Source: Alphaproteobacteria bacterium
Lineage (GTDB): Bacteria; Pseudomonadota; Alphaproteobacteria; MPNO01
DNA: 64,000 bases
Direction of reading: 5' to 3'
Assembly: GCA_965248835.1 (NCBI GenBank)
Contig: CBDFLJ010000002.1
Coordinates: forward strand, 608,001 to 672,000
Shown here: positions 10,064 through 19,853 of the stretch, piece after piece
Position numbering within the stretch: position 1 is the first letter of the stretch
Layout: each line of letters opens with the position of its first letter
The notes under the pieces: model-generated
Told to the model about the DNA's origin: nothing
What the model saw: only the letters and a program-made list of their open reading frames with translations
Database searches by the model: none
Position numbers and translations under genes: made by a program

Positions 10064-10543
10064 ATTGAGGACCGCAACGCCAACATCGGCGCCGCATTCG
10101 AGGGCGCGATGAATGCGACCCGGGCCGCGGTCGAGGAGGGGATCGTCGCCGCCGGCGGCGTCGCGCCGCTCCGGGGCGAGGCGGTCCTGAATTCGTTCAA
10201 GCCGGCCAATGACGACCAGAAGGCGGGCATCGAAATCGTCCGCCGCGCGATCCGCTCGCCGGCCTGGCTGATCGCCGAGAATGCCGGCGTCGAGGGTGCC
10301 ATCGTCGTCGGCAAGATCCGCGATCGCAAAGAGCCCAACTGGGGCTACGACGCCCAGGACGGCCGGTACAAGGACCTGGTCGGCGCCGGGATCATCGATC
10401 CGATCAAGGTGGTCCGCACGGCGTTGCAGGATGCCGCCTCCGTCGCGGGTCTTCTGATCACCACCGAGGCCATGGTCGCGGAGAAGCCGGAGAAGAAAGC
10501 GCCGGCTCCCGCGGCGCCCGATATGGGCGGCATGGACTTCTGA
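10064..10543 (+). pseudogene. groEL: GroEL remnant: C-terminal ~145 aa only
   Basis: [49 protein letters not shown] and DMGGMDF tail; about 400 N-terminal codons absent. Confidence 0.88.
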
Positions 10544-10658
10544 CCCGACCGACCGCCGGCGGGTTGCCGTCATAGCGTGAGACGGCAGCTCGCCGGTGGA
10601 CGCCCAACGCCTCCGCGCCGTCATCGGTGTTGGCCGAGGCCCCGCGCGATCGGATCGC

Positions 10659-11342
10659 TCAGCACTTTGGGTCGGGCGGCAGGGCGATGTCGAAATGCCG
10701 CCGCAGGATGTCGTCGATCAGATCGAAGCACGAGCCGTAGCGGACGACTTCGAGCGTGTCGACGTTGATCATCGTCGAGGACTTGCCGTAGACGTTCCAG
10801 CGGGCAAGCCCGTAGTCGATGATGATGTCGGCGGCGGCGCGGATTTCCGGCTCGATATCGTCCGCGCGGAACTTGACGCCCTGTAGAGAGATGTTGGCAG
10901 AGGAGCCGATCACCAGCCGGTTGTCGGCGAAGGCGATGCGGGCGAGCGTGTCGAGGATCGGCCCGGCGTTGAGCAGCATCGCAATCGTGCCGTCCTCGGT
11001 CGTCTGGTCGAGCACGTCGGGATCGAGCCCGGCGAGTGCGGGATGCGCCATCCGGCCGGGGGCCACCGTCCCCATAGGCAGGCCGTAGGCTCCGATGACC
11101 GCAGACACGATCGCGCGGCGGTCCTCGGTCAGCACATGCAGGTCGCGGTGCATCTCCTCGCAGCCGCACATGGCGTTGAGCTTCTCCGGCTTGCGCCGCT
11201 TGACCTCGAAGATCTTCCAGATCGCGGCCGACGTGGTGCCGAGGATCACGTAGCCCACATCGGTCGGGATGATGCCGATCCCTCCGTCCACCAGGACGTC
11301 GTAGACCCGCTTGGCATCGGCTTCGAAGTCGTAGAGCCTCAC
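10659..11342 (-). CDS. YrdC/Sua5-like (threonylcarbamoyl-AMP synthase fold) protein, divergent
   Basis: IIPTDVGYVI, IFEVKRRKPEK, GSSANIS, SSTMIN, VVRYG align with YrdC motifs; GTG start overlaps the upstream stop. Confidence 0.75.
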   Translation of the reverse strand: MRLYDFEADAKRVYDVLVDGGIGIIPTDVGYVILGTTSAAIWKIFEVKRRKPEKLNAMCGCEEMHRDLHVLTEDRRAIVSAVIGAYGLPMGTVAPGRMAHPALAGLDPDVLDQTTEDGTIAMLLNAGPILDTLARIAFADNRLVIGSSANISLQGVKFRADDIEPEIRAAADIIIDYGLARWNVYGKSSTMINVDTLEVVRYGSCFDLIDDILRRHFDIALPPDPKC

Positions 11343-11809
11343 GTCCTTTTCACCCAGTAGTTGCCCATAACCTCGGACACCCAGCCGGGCTCGCGGACCG
11401 CGCCGCGCGGGGCGAAGGCGCGCATATAGGGCTTGATGTCGAGCACCGGCGTGCCGTCGATCGCATCGAGCCCCTGAACCCGCACCGTCGCTCCCTCGAT
11501 CCCGAGCACCCGGCAGACGGTCGATCCCAGCAGGTTGGGGCGGTAATGGCCGCGCTGGGCGAAGATGCCGGCGAGCGGCAGGTCGGGGTTGTTGCGCGGA
11601 TGGCGCGCGCCGGTGACGATGCTCGCCGGATCGGTCCGGTGGAAGTGGTAGAGGATCTCGGCGTGGCTGAACGTATCCAGCCCGACGATGGCGTCCGCAC
11701 CCAGCCATTCGGTGTCGAGCTCGATCGTTGCGGTCACCGAGTCCCAATCGTCGTTGAAGGGCTCGGCGCGGCCGCCCCTGACATAGCCGATCGGGCGAAG
11801 CGCGATCAT
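11339..11809 (-). CDS. TrmO/TsaA (YaeB)-family SAM-binding protein
   Basis: PIGYVR, GIFAQR..RPN.LG, GLDAIDGTPVLDIKPY. Confidence 0.88.
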   Translation of the reverse strand: MIALRPIGYVRGGRAEPFNDDWDSVTATIELDTEWLGADAIVGLDTFSHAEILYHFHRTDPASIVTGARHPRNNPDLPLAGIFAQRGHYRPNLLGSTVCRVLGIEGATVRVQGLDAIDGTPVLDIKPYMRAFAPRGAVREPGWVSEVMGNYWVKRT

Positions 11810-12384
11810 TGCGCCGGCGGGTTCCATTCGCTGACCACCGCCTCGTATTCGGCGCGCTGGCGTTCGGTCGGCGGCTCCTTCGGCGTGCCGACATAGACGA
11901 AGCCCGCGACGCGTTCGTGCTCCGCCAGGCCGAGAGCGGCAGCGACATCGGCGTTATAGGCCGGCCATTCGGTCAGCCATTGCGCGGCGTAGCCGATGGC
12001 ATGCGCCGCATTGAGCATGTTGATGCAAGCCGCCCCGCTGGACAGCGTCTGCTCCCATTCGGGGATCTTGTGCTCCCTGGTCACCCGAGAGACGACGGCG
12101 ATCACCACGGGCGCGCGCTGGAAGCGCTCGCGCTCGACCTCGATCAGCTCCTCGAAGGCGTCGGGGTTCTCCTTCTTGAACGCTTCGCCCAGCACATCGC
12201 CGAAGGCCGCGCGCGAATCGCCCTTGATGACGATGAAGCGCCACGGGCCGAGTCTGCCGTGGTCGGGCACCCGCATCCCGGCGCGGAGGATCTTGTCGAG
12301 CTCGTCCGCGCTCGGACCCGGCTCGGTCATGTTGCGCGCGGTCACCGAGCGCCGGGTCAAAAGGAAATCGATGATCTCGCTCAT
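11806..12384 (-). CDS. Nitroreductase (YdjA-like)
   Basis: LLTRRS, RVPDHGRLGPWRF, KIPEWEQ, GYAAQWLTEW. Confidence 0.9.
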   Translation of the reverse strand: MSEIIDFLLTRRSVTARNMTEPGPSADELDKILRAGMRVPDHGRLGPWRFIVIKGDSRAAFGDVLGEAFKKENPDAFEELIEVERERFQRAPVVIAVVSRVTREHKIPEWEQTLSSGAACINMLNAAHAIGYAAQWLTEWPAYNADVAAALGLAEHERVAGFVYVGTPKEPPTERQRAEYEAVVSEWNPPAQ

Positions 12385-14057
12385 GTCGTTCTCCAACCAG
12401 CCTCTTGCCGTTCGCCCTGCGCCGCCCGGTCGCGCTCCAGCGCGCGCAGGGCGCCGCGCTGGATCTTGCCGGTCGCGGTCAGCGGCAGCGCATCGACGAA
12501 CTCGATCGCGCGCGGGTACTTGAAGGCCGAGATCTGCGACTTGACGAAGTCCTGCAGCTCGCCGACCAGGGCAGCGTCGCCCCGCGCGCCCTCGGCGACC
12601 TCGACGAAGGCCTTCACGATCGCCCCGCGGTCGGGATCGGGCGCGCCGACCACGGCGCACTCGCGCACCTTGGGATGTTCGAGGAGCACCGCCTCCACCT
12701 CGAGGCCCGAGACGTTATAGCCGCTGGTCAAGATCATGTCGTCGGTGCGCGCCTCGTAGGTGATGTAGCCGTCCGCATCGACTTTGCAGAGATCGCCCGA
12801 CAGGTTCCATCCCTGCCGGACATATTTCTCCTGGCGCTCCCGGTCGTCGAGATAGCGGCACCCGTTGGGGCCCTTGACGATCATCTGTCCGACCTCGCCC
12901 GGCGCGGTGTCGTTGAAGTCCTCATCGACGACGCGGACCCGAAAACCCGGGATCTGCCGGCCGATCGTGCCGGGCTTGATATCGTCCCCGGCGGCCGAGA
13001 TGAATATGTGCAGCAGTTCGGAGATGCCGAGCCCGTTGATCATCGCAACCCCGGTGATCTCCTTCCAGGATTCATAGGTCGCCGGCGCCAGCGGCTCGCC
13101 GCCGGCGACACAGACCCGCAGGCTCGACAGGTCGTAGTCGCGCGCGTGATCGAGCATCAACTTGTAGCCCGAGGGTGTCGAGAAGCAGACCGTCGCCCGT
13201 TTCTCCTGGATCGTCTCCAGAAGGAGTCGCGGCGTCGCCCGTTCCAGCAGGATCGAGCCGGCGCCGAAGCGCGGGGCATCGACCAGGAAGGCGCACAGCC
13301 CGTAGAGGAAGGCGATCTGCGGGCTGCCGCAGACGATGTCGCCGGGCCGGATGCGGACCACGTGGCCGATGAAGCAATCGGCGGCGGCCAGAAGATCGCG
13401 GTGGAAGTGGAGCGTCCCCTTGGGCGCCCCGGTCGAGCCCGAGGTAAAGCCGACGATCGCCACATCATCGGCCGAGGTGTCGACGTTGTCGAACGTGGCG
13501 GCCTTGCCGGCGGCGCGCGCCTCGAGCCCGTCACCCGCGCCGGCGCCGAAATAGAGCGTGTGGGCGAGGTCGGAACAGGACGGCCTTGCCGCCTCGACAT
13601 CCTGGGCCAGGTCCGCATGGCTGATCACGACCTGGACGCGGGCCTTGTTGGCGATATGGACGATCTCGCGCTCGCGCAGCACCGGCATGGTCGAAATCGC
13701 GACCATGCCCGCCTTGAGCACCGCGTACCAACATGCCGCCAGCATCGGATGGTTGCCCGACCGCAGCATCACCCGGGTGCCCGGCACCAGCCCCAGATCG
13801 ACGACCAGCAGATTGGCGATCCGGTTCGCCTCGGCCAGCATGTCGGCGTAGGTCCAGATCTCCGGACCCCAATGGAACATCGGCGCATCGGCGTATCCGG
13901 CTGCGACCTGCTTGTCGAGCAGCTCGACGGCGGCATTGAACCGCGGCGGATAGGCGGCCAGTTCCGGCAGGACGGAATAATCCATCTCCGGCCACAGCCC
14001 GCGCGGCGGCAGGTTGTCGTTGATGTAGGTGTCGATATGCGCGGACGGCTCGGCCAT
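12381..14057 (-). CDS. Aryl-CoA ligase (2-aminobenzoate/benzoate-CoA ligase family)
   Basis: SAHIDT..NLPP N-terminus, FTSGSTGAPKGTLHFHRD AMP-binding motif, KYPRAIEF..LP.TATGKIQR. Confidence 0.85.
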   Translation of the reverse strand: MAEPSAHIDTYINDNLPPRGLWPEMDYSVLPELAAYPPRFNAAVELLDKQVAAGYADAPMFHWGPEIWTYADMLAEANRIANLLVVDLGLVPGTRVMLRSGNHPMLAACWYAVLKAGMVAISTMPVLREREIVHIANKARVQVVISHADLAQDVEAARPSCSDLAHTLYFGAGAGDGLEARAAGKAATFDNVDTSADDVAIVGFTSGSTGAPKGTLHFHRDLLAAADCFIGHVVRIRPGDIVCGSPQIAFLYGLCAFLVDAPRFGAGSILLERATPRLLLETIQEKRATVCFSTPSGYKLMLDHARDYDLSSLRVCVAGGEPLAPATYESWKEITGVAMINGLGISELLHIFISAAGDDIKPGTIGRQIPGFRVRVVDEDFNDTAPGEVGQMIVKGPNGCRYLDDRERQEKYVRQGWNLSGDLCKVDADGYITYEARTDDMILTSGYNVSGLEVEAVLLEHPKVRECAVVGAPDPDRGAIVKAFVEVAEGARGDAALVGELQDFVKSQISAFKYPRAIEFVDALPLTATGKIQRGALRALERDRAAQGERQEAGWRTT

Positions 14058-14385
14058 TTGCATCGGATTGTCGATCTCACCGGGAAACTACTAACCGCCC
14101 CGGACCAAGCCAAGGCCCATTCGGCGGCCGCCGCGCGACGGGAAGGACCGTGGGCGCGGCCCGGCGGCGGGACCGGAAGCGGCGGGCAAGGGTATGGAAA
14201 CGCCGGACAGGAATCGCGATGCCGGGCCGGAGATGGCCCCGGAGCCGAAGCGGATCGATCTCGATCGCGGGATGTGATCGTCGATCCGGCGCCGAAAGCG
14301 CGCGGAATTCGGCAACCCGGCCGGCGGCTGTGCGGGGCAAGCCCGGCAAGCTGCATCCCGAAGTTCGGAAAATTTGCGCCGCCGG

Positions 14386-14787
14386 CTATGCGAACGGCGC
14401 CACGCCTTCGGCCGCGGCCGCCTCGTTCAACCGGCGGTCCAGGCTCGCCAGCGGGCAGCCTTCCCGGATCGCGAGAGCCAGGTAGCTGGCGTCGTAGGCC
14501 GTCAGACGGTGGCCGCGCGCCAGCGCCATGACGCGATGGTCGTCCGACTCGCCCGGACAGTGGATGGGAAGGCGGCGGACCCGGGCCATGGAAGCGTCGG
14601 CATGGCGTTCGTCGATTCGCCCCCGGCGTTCGGCCGACAACAGCAGGTTGCGCAGCTCGTGCCAGAACAGGCCCGGAACCATCGCCGTTTCCTCGGCCAG
14701 CCGGTCGAGCGCAAGGTCGGCCAGCGCCGCCTCCTCGTCCGGTAGCAGCCATGCGGCCGCGATCGAGGCGTCGGGCACGAAGGCCAT
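14386..14787 (-). CDS. PIN-domain toxin (VapC family)
   Basis: FVPDASIAAAWLLPDE, E.RN.L, LTAYDASYLALA, LASLD..L. Confidence 0.9.
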   Translation of the reverse strand: MAFVPDASIAAAWLLPDEEAALADLALDRLAEETAMVPGLFWHELRNLLLSAERRGRIDERHADASMARVRRLPIHCPGESDDHRVMALARGHRLTAYDASYLALAIREGCPLASLDRRLNEAAAAEGVAPFA

Positions 14788-15029
14788 CAGCGTGTGTGCC
14801 CCTCATGGCGCCAGGACAGGATCTCGGACGTGGTCACGGCCTGCTGCTTGGCCCGTTCCCGGCGCAGGGTCGCGCACAGCGCGGCATGGTCCTGTCCGCC
14901 ATCGATCCGCGTGACGTGGGCGATCGGCGTCGGGCCGCGGCAAATGACGAAATCCTCGCCGGCTTCCACTTCGGCCAGCAGCGCGGACAGGTGCGTCTTG
15001 GCCTCGCCGATCTTCACGTGACGGGTCAT
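14787..15029 (-). CDS. Phd/YefM-family antitoxin
   Basis: VKIGEAKTHLSALLAEVEAGEDFVICR; TGATG coupling to the toxin. Confidence 0.88.
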   Translation of the reverse strand: MTRHVKIGEAKTHLSALLAEVEAGEDFVICRGPTPIAHVTRIDGGQDHAALCATLRRERAKQQAVTTSEILSWRHEGHTR

Positions 15030-15964
15030 GTTTTGCGTGCTCCTTGTCCGGCCTCGTTCCAAAAGGGCAGGCATGAATTGGGCCTGACCCCGGCTTTGGC
15101 CCGCATGCTAGGGTCGATACCGAACTTGGTCAAGCGCTTGGTCTGTTCGAGCTGAGGCGCAAAGACGGCGGGTGGATTTCGCCAAAGATCGATCGAAGCC
15201 GCTGCGGATGGTTACGTTATTGTCCGGGAACGGATATGGCCGTTGACCATAGAGGCTTCGGGGTTTTCGATCGTGTCCCGAGCCGTGGCGTGAGCTCTTA
15301 CTTTTTGTTTTTTGTGTTTTTGGATTCTGTGGTTGGGTCGTTCTTTCTTCCTGTACTTGTGTTATATTACTGTAGGTTAGGGGATTTGGGAAGGGGTTTC
15401 TGTTTGCGTTTCTGAGGATATATTGTTTGTTTTTGTGTCTCTTTTTGGTTGCATTTGGGGAAGTAGGATTGGGGGTGGGTCTGGGGTGCGTCACGGTGGC
15501 TCGATTTTGCCTCTTGGCAAAGCGAAATTCCGGACATACGAGGTGACATACCCGAGCGCCCCTATTCTGAGGAAAAGTGAAGGTGTTTCGGCGGCGGTGG
15601 GGGGCTTCTCCGGGCGGCGTGTGTCCCAGCGGCGGGACCGAGGAAGCGACGATCTCCGCGCGGCAACCGTGCGCCCGATGGCGGCGTGCCCGTGTCCGGC
15701 GAAGGGGCTCCGGGGCTCGCCTGTGTGGTTCTTGTGTCTTATGTCCTTCTTGTGTTCCATGGCCGGGAACCGCTTCCTCCGCCCGCTCGCAAAGGCGTTG
15801 CCGCGGAGGTTGTCGGACGAGGCATTGGCGCGCGCTCCCGATATCGCGGAGCGGATCGTTCCAGGGCAGGACCGATCCGCGGACACGCCCGGGTGGCGGC
15901 GGAATGATGCGCGGCCGGGATTATTCGGTGGCGCCGGGGCGGCGATTCGCTCCATATCGGGGTC

Positions 15965-16425
15965 ATGCCGAGCGCGACACCCATCGCCCCTGCCACCGAC
16001 GGCTCGGCGCCGCCGGCGGTGGTTTCGGCGGCGCTCGCGGCTCTGGAGCGGGAACGGGCCGCACGCCGGGCGGCAGAGGCGCTTGCGCCGCGGCTTGAGG
16101 CCGAGAACGCGGAGATCGCCGAGCAGGTCCGCCGGCTCGAGCATCTCAATGACGAGCTTCGCAAGGCGCTGTTCGGCAAGAAGTCGGAGAAGCTGGGCGA
16201 GGACGAGCGGCAGCTGTCGTTCGACGATCTTGGAACGGCGGTCGCGGAAGCCGGCGGCGCGCCGGAGGCAGGCGAACAGGGCGAGGAAGCCGAGGCTCGC
16301 CGGCAGCGGCGGCCGACGCGCCCGCCGGCCCGGTTCCCGGCCCGGCTTGAGCGCCGGGTGGAGGTGATCGAGCCGGCGAGCACGCTCTGCCCTTGCGGTT
16401 GCGGCGAGATGACGAAGATCGGCGC
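15965..16425 (+). mobile_element. IS66 TnpC N-terminal fragment
   Basis: Coiled coil then LRKALFGKKSEKL, PARLER..EVIEP and CPCGCG..TKIG zinc-finger start; DDE core absent. Confidence 0.8.
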
Positions 16426-16474
16426 CGCAGCCGCGATAAGCTGGAAACATACGGCGGCAGGAGGAGCGACAGCG

Positions 16475-16774
16475 ATGGGCCGGCAGCGGGCAGCCACTCC
16501 CCTGAGGCCGTTGCTGGGCACGTTCACCGACCACCCCGCGAGCGTCGGCGAGACCTATCGGGACTATATGGTCGTCGCTCTGGGCTACGGCGCGCGGTTG
16601 GTCCGCGCCGGCTGCGCCGCCATGGTCCACGCTTTCCTTCCCGCGCTGTTCGAGACCACGGCCAGCGAGACGATCCGGGCGATGCACGCGGAGATGGAAA
16701 ACCGCGGAAGCCCTCCGCCGGCGTCCTGGTCCGGGGGTGACCCCGCGAGCGTCGTTTCGACCCGAGCAAGTTGA
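16475..16774 (+). CDS. DUF6356-like small protein, in frame with the IS66 fragment
   Basis: FTDHPASVGETY...VHAFLPALFETTAS motif; GGAG upstream. Confidence 0.65.
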   Translation: MGRQRAATPLRPLLGTFTDHPASVGETYRDYMVVALGYGARLVRAGCAAMVHAFLPALFETTASETIRAMHAEMENRGSPPPASWSGGDPASVVSTRAS

Positions 16775-16987
16775 GAAAATAGGACAAAAACGCCGCAAGC
16801 GGCGGGTATTTCAGTGGCCTGCCAGCATATCAGAAGCCGAAGTTTGAGCCCGTCAGATCACGCAATCTCTATCGGTTTGCGTGCCGATCAGCGTCCAACT
16901 TCCGCGCCGATCGACAGCCATGCCTCTCTTCTGGTGTCCGACGGATCGGGGCGGGCCGCGACGCCAGTGTCCTAGGAGGCGAAACGT

Positions 16988-17746
16988 TCACCCGGTGATC
17001 GTGCCGCCGTCCACGGTGACCGTCTGGCCGGTAACCAACTCGGCTGCGTCAGACGCAAGAAACGCGGCCGCGCCGACAAGGTCGGACGGTTCGATCAGCC
17101 GCTTGACGCTTTGGGATCGCATGATATCGGCTTCCAGCTCGCTCACGGTCTCCGCATCCGCCATCGATCTCGTCGCCTCGGTGATAGTGTAGCCGGGAGC
17201 CAGCGCGTTCACCGTCACGCCCGAGCCAGCGAACTCACGGGAGAGAGCTCCCGTCAACGCCCAGACAGCGCCCTTGGACGCGACGTAGTGGAGAAAACCG
17301 GGCTTTCCCATGAAGATCACGTTGCTGGCGACATTGATGATGCGCCCCCCGCCTTGCGCCCGCATCGGGGCCGCCACCGCCCGACACATTTGCCAGACGC
17401 CTTTTACGTTGACCGACATCACCCGGTCCCACTCCGGTTCCGGTATATCTTCGAAACCCCTGATGGCGATCCCGGCATAGAGCGCGGCGTTGTTGATCAG
17501 CACGTCGATACGCCCGAACTCATCCACCGCGGCCGCGACGATCGCCGCAGCATCACCTGCCGAGGTCACGTCGCCAGTGGCAGGGATCGCCTCGCCCGAC
17601 GCTTCTCTGATTTGCTGGATCGTCCCGTCGCAACTCAGCCGGTCGGCAGCGACGACCCGTGCGCCCAGGCCCGCGAAATGCAGCGCGAATTCCCGGCCGA
17701 TCCCGCGGGCGGCGCCGGTGACGATGCAGACGCGCTCCTTCAGCAT
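16988..17746 (-). CDS. SDR family oxidoreductase
   Basis: TGAARGIG, NNAA, YVASK catalytic motif, TVDGG. Confidence 0.93.
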   Translation of the reverse strand: MLKERVCIVTGAARGIGREFALHFAGLGARVVAADRLSCDGTIQQIREASGEAIPATGDVTSAGDAAAIVAAAVDEFGRIDVLINNAALYAGIAIRGFEDIPEPEWDRVMSVNVKGVWQMCRAVAAPMRAQGGGRIINVASNVIFMGKPGFLHYVASKGAVWALTGALSREFAGSGVTVNALAPGYTITEATRSMADAETVSELEADIMRSQSVKRLIEPSDLVGAAAFLASDAAELVTGQTVTVDGGTITG

Positions 17747-17752
17747 GACCGG

Positions 17753-18445
17753 CTAGCCGGCGAAGCTCCCCGGGCCGGGCCACGGGTCGCCCAGGCGCCA
17801 GGCGGCGTCGAAGACGTGGATCTGGTGCTGAACGCTTCGCAGGAAGACACGGTCCAGGGCCTGAAGATCGGATTCGCGCAGATCGGCCGTACAAGTCTCG
17901 AGCGCGGCGACGAGGGCATTCACCTGCTCCCTCTGGAAGGGGCGGCGGTAGTGGTCGATCCATTTGCGATAGACCGCGCGGTGCCGCGAGAGATCCTTGT
18001 CCTTCAGCCAGTCGCCGATCTCGGCGAACCCGACGCAGCAGGGCAAGGTGGCGGCGAATATCTCGAACGGGGTCCCTTCATGGGCGGTGCGCACGAGGTG
18101 GTTCATGTACCCTTCCCGCGCCTTGAGGGCGGCCCAGCGGTCCGTCGAATACTCGTTGCAGCTGATCTCCGCGAGCCACTTTTCCTCGACATTGCCTTCG
18201 TCGTAATCAGCGATCAGCTTGAGGAAGGGGCGGAAATGCCGCAAGTCGCCGGGGCTCAGCTTGGCGAAGCCCATGAAATAGACTCGGGAGAAATCGGCGA
18301 GATACGGCAAATCCTGGACCAGGAAGAAGCGGAACCGCTCGATGCTGAGATCGCCGTCGTGGATGCCGACCAGCCAGGGATGGCGGACATAGGCGGTCCA
18401 ACTCTTCTCCGCATGCGCCATGAGCCGTTCCACCAGCCTGCCCAT
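17753..18445 (-). CDS. tenA: TenA family protein (aminopyrimidine aminohydrolase/thiaminase II-like)
   Basis: HPW..GI.DG.L..ERFRFFLVQD..Y, LPCCVGF (catalytic Cys), YRKWIDHY. Confidence 0.75.
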   Translation of the reverse strand: MGRLVERLMAHAEKSWTAYVRHPWLVGIHDGDLSIERFRFFLVQDLPYLADFSRVYFMGFAKLSPGDLRHFRPFLKLIADYDEGNVEEKWLAEISCNEYSTDRWAALKAREGYMNHLVRTAHEGTPFEIFAATLPCCVGFAEIGDWLKDKDLSRHRAVYRKWIDHYRRPFQREQVNALVAALETCTADLRESDLQALDRVFLRSVQHQIHVFDAAWRLGDPWPGPGSFAG

Positions 18446-18647
18446 CGCGGCCTCGCTCCCCGTCCTGAACCGGATGCCCCGCGGCGCACAGGCTAGCGGC
18501 GGCGGCGCGCCCGCGCCAACCCTTTTCCTATCCCACGACAAATGGGTATATCCTTGCTGCAGATCTCACGGCATTGGCTGTGACGACCGCATGCGCAGGT
18601 GCCTGGATTCGAGTGAGCTGTTGGCCCTGAAGAAAGGAAGGCTTACG

Positions 18648-19700
18648 ATGAATACTGCGACTTCGAGACGGCGTTTCCTACAAACCACCGCCTTGGGCGG
18701 AGTGGCCGCGACCCTAGGATCGGCAGGCTGGATCACGCCCTCCTTCGCGGCGGATCCGCTCCGTGTGACGCATTACGGAGGCCCCTATCGCGCGCTTGAG
18801 AAGCTCGTCGGAAAAACCTTCGAGAAGGCCGGCCATGGCACCGTCGAATACGAGCAGGACCAGCCCGGGCTGATCATCAGCAAGTGGAAGGCGCAGCCCG
18901 ACGATCCGATCTACGACATCGGCTTCCTGACCCGGGACCCAACGGTCCGCGCCGGCAATGCCGGACTGGTCGAGATCCTGTCCCAGGCCGATATCCCCCT
19001 TCTCAAGGAGTGCCGTCCCGGGACGCTCGCACCTGGCGGCGCCGGCGTCGCGATGGTCTTCGACGCCATAGACGTTGTGTACAACAAGGAGGGCGTCTCT
19101 AAGCCGGTCGACTCGTGGTTCGATCTGTGGCGCCCCGAGGTGCGCGGCAAGCTGATGCTGCCGGCTGCGCCGCTCAACAGCATGATCGCGGTGGTGCTGT
19201 GCAGCATCGCGCGCGCCATGGGCGGCAACGAGCGGACCGTCGATAAAATCTTCCCGAAGGTCGCGGAGCTCAAGCCACATGTGCGCAGCTTCTTCGGCGA
19301 CCCGAACCAGGTCACCCAGCTTATGGAGCGGCGCGAGGTGGTCATCGCGCCCCAGTACAGTGCGCGCATCGGCTTGGCGATCTCGAAGAACGCCTTCCTC
19401 GCCCGCGGGACGCCGAAGGAAGGCGTGCCTTCGCAGCCCTACGACCTGGCGATCGCCAAGGGTTCCAAGCGGATGAAGCTGGCGAAGACCTATGTGAACT
19501 ACACGCTCCGGCAGGACGTGCAGAAGGCGATTTGCTCGGCGATCCCGCTCACGCCAGCCAACAAGAACGTCAAGCTGGACGAAGCGGCCGCCCGGCTGAT
19601 CATTCAGGATCCCAGCCGTCTGTTCGAGTACGATTACGCCTATGTGGCGAGCCGGCAGAGCGAGTGGGCGGACCGCTGGGCGCGCGAGATCGCGGGCTGA
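18648..19700 (+). CDS. ABC substrate-binding protein (PotD/PotF-like) with Tat signal
   Basis: SRRRFLQ leader, SWFDLWRPE.RGK, PKEG, WADRWAREI. Confidence 0.85.
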   Translation: MNTATSRRRFLQTTALGGVAATLGSAGWITPSFAADPLRVTHYGGPYRALEKLVGKTFEKAGHGTVEYEQDQPGLIISKWKAQPDDPIYDIGFLTRDPTVRAGNAGLVEILSQADIPLLKECRPGTLAPGGAGVAMVFDAIDVVYNKEGVSKPVDSWFDLWRPEVRGKLMLPAAPLNSMIAVVLCSIARAMGGNERTVDKIFPKVAELKPHVRSFFGDPNQVTQLMERREVVIAPQYSARIGLAISKNAFLARGTPKEGVPSQPYDLAIAKGSKRMKLAKTYVNYTLRQDVQKAICSAIPLTPANKNVKLDEAAARLIIQDPSRLFEYDYAYVASRQSEWADRWAREIAG

Positions 19701-19853
19701 GGTCAGGCCGGCGGCCCGACCGGGAGGCCATGCCGGTCTTTGGGGGACCGTCTCCCGGCGGTCTCCCGCGATGGTTGAGCGGCGGCCCGACATGATAAGG
19801 GACCGCCCGCTCCCGGCTCGGCCGAAGGGCGCGATGCGCCGGGCGGTGAGGAG

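Noticed and set aside
18446-18647. TPP riboswitch beside tenA and the ABC genes
   Set aside because: Conserved CUGAGA and ACCUG core elements were not found in a compatible arrangement.
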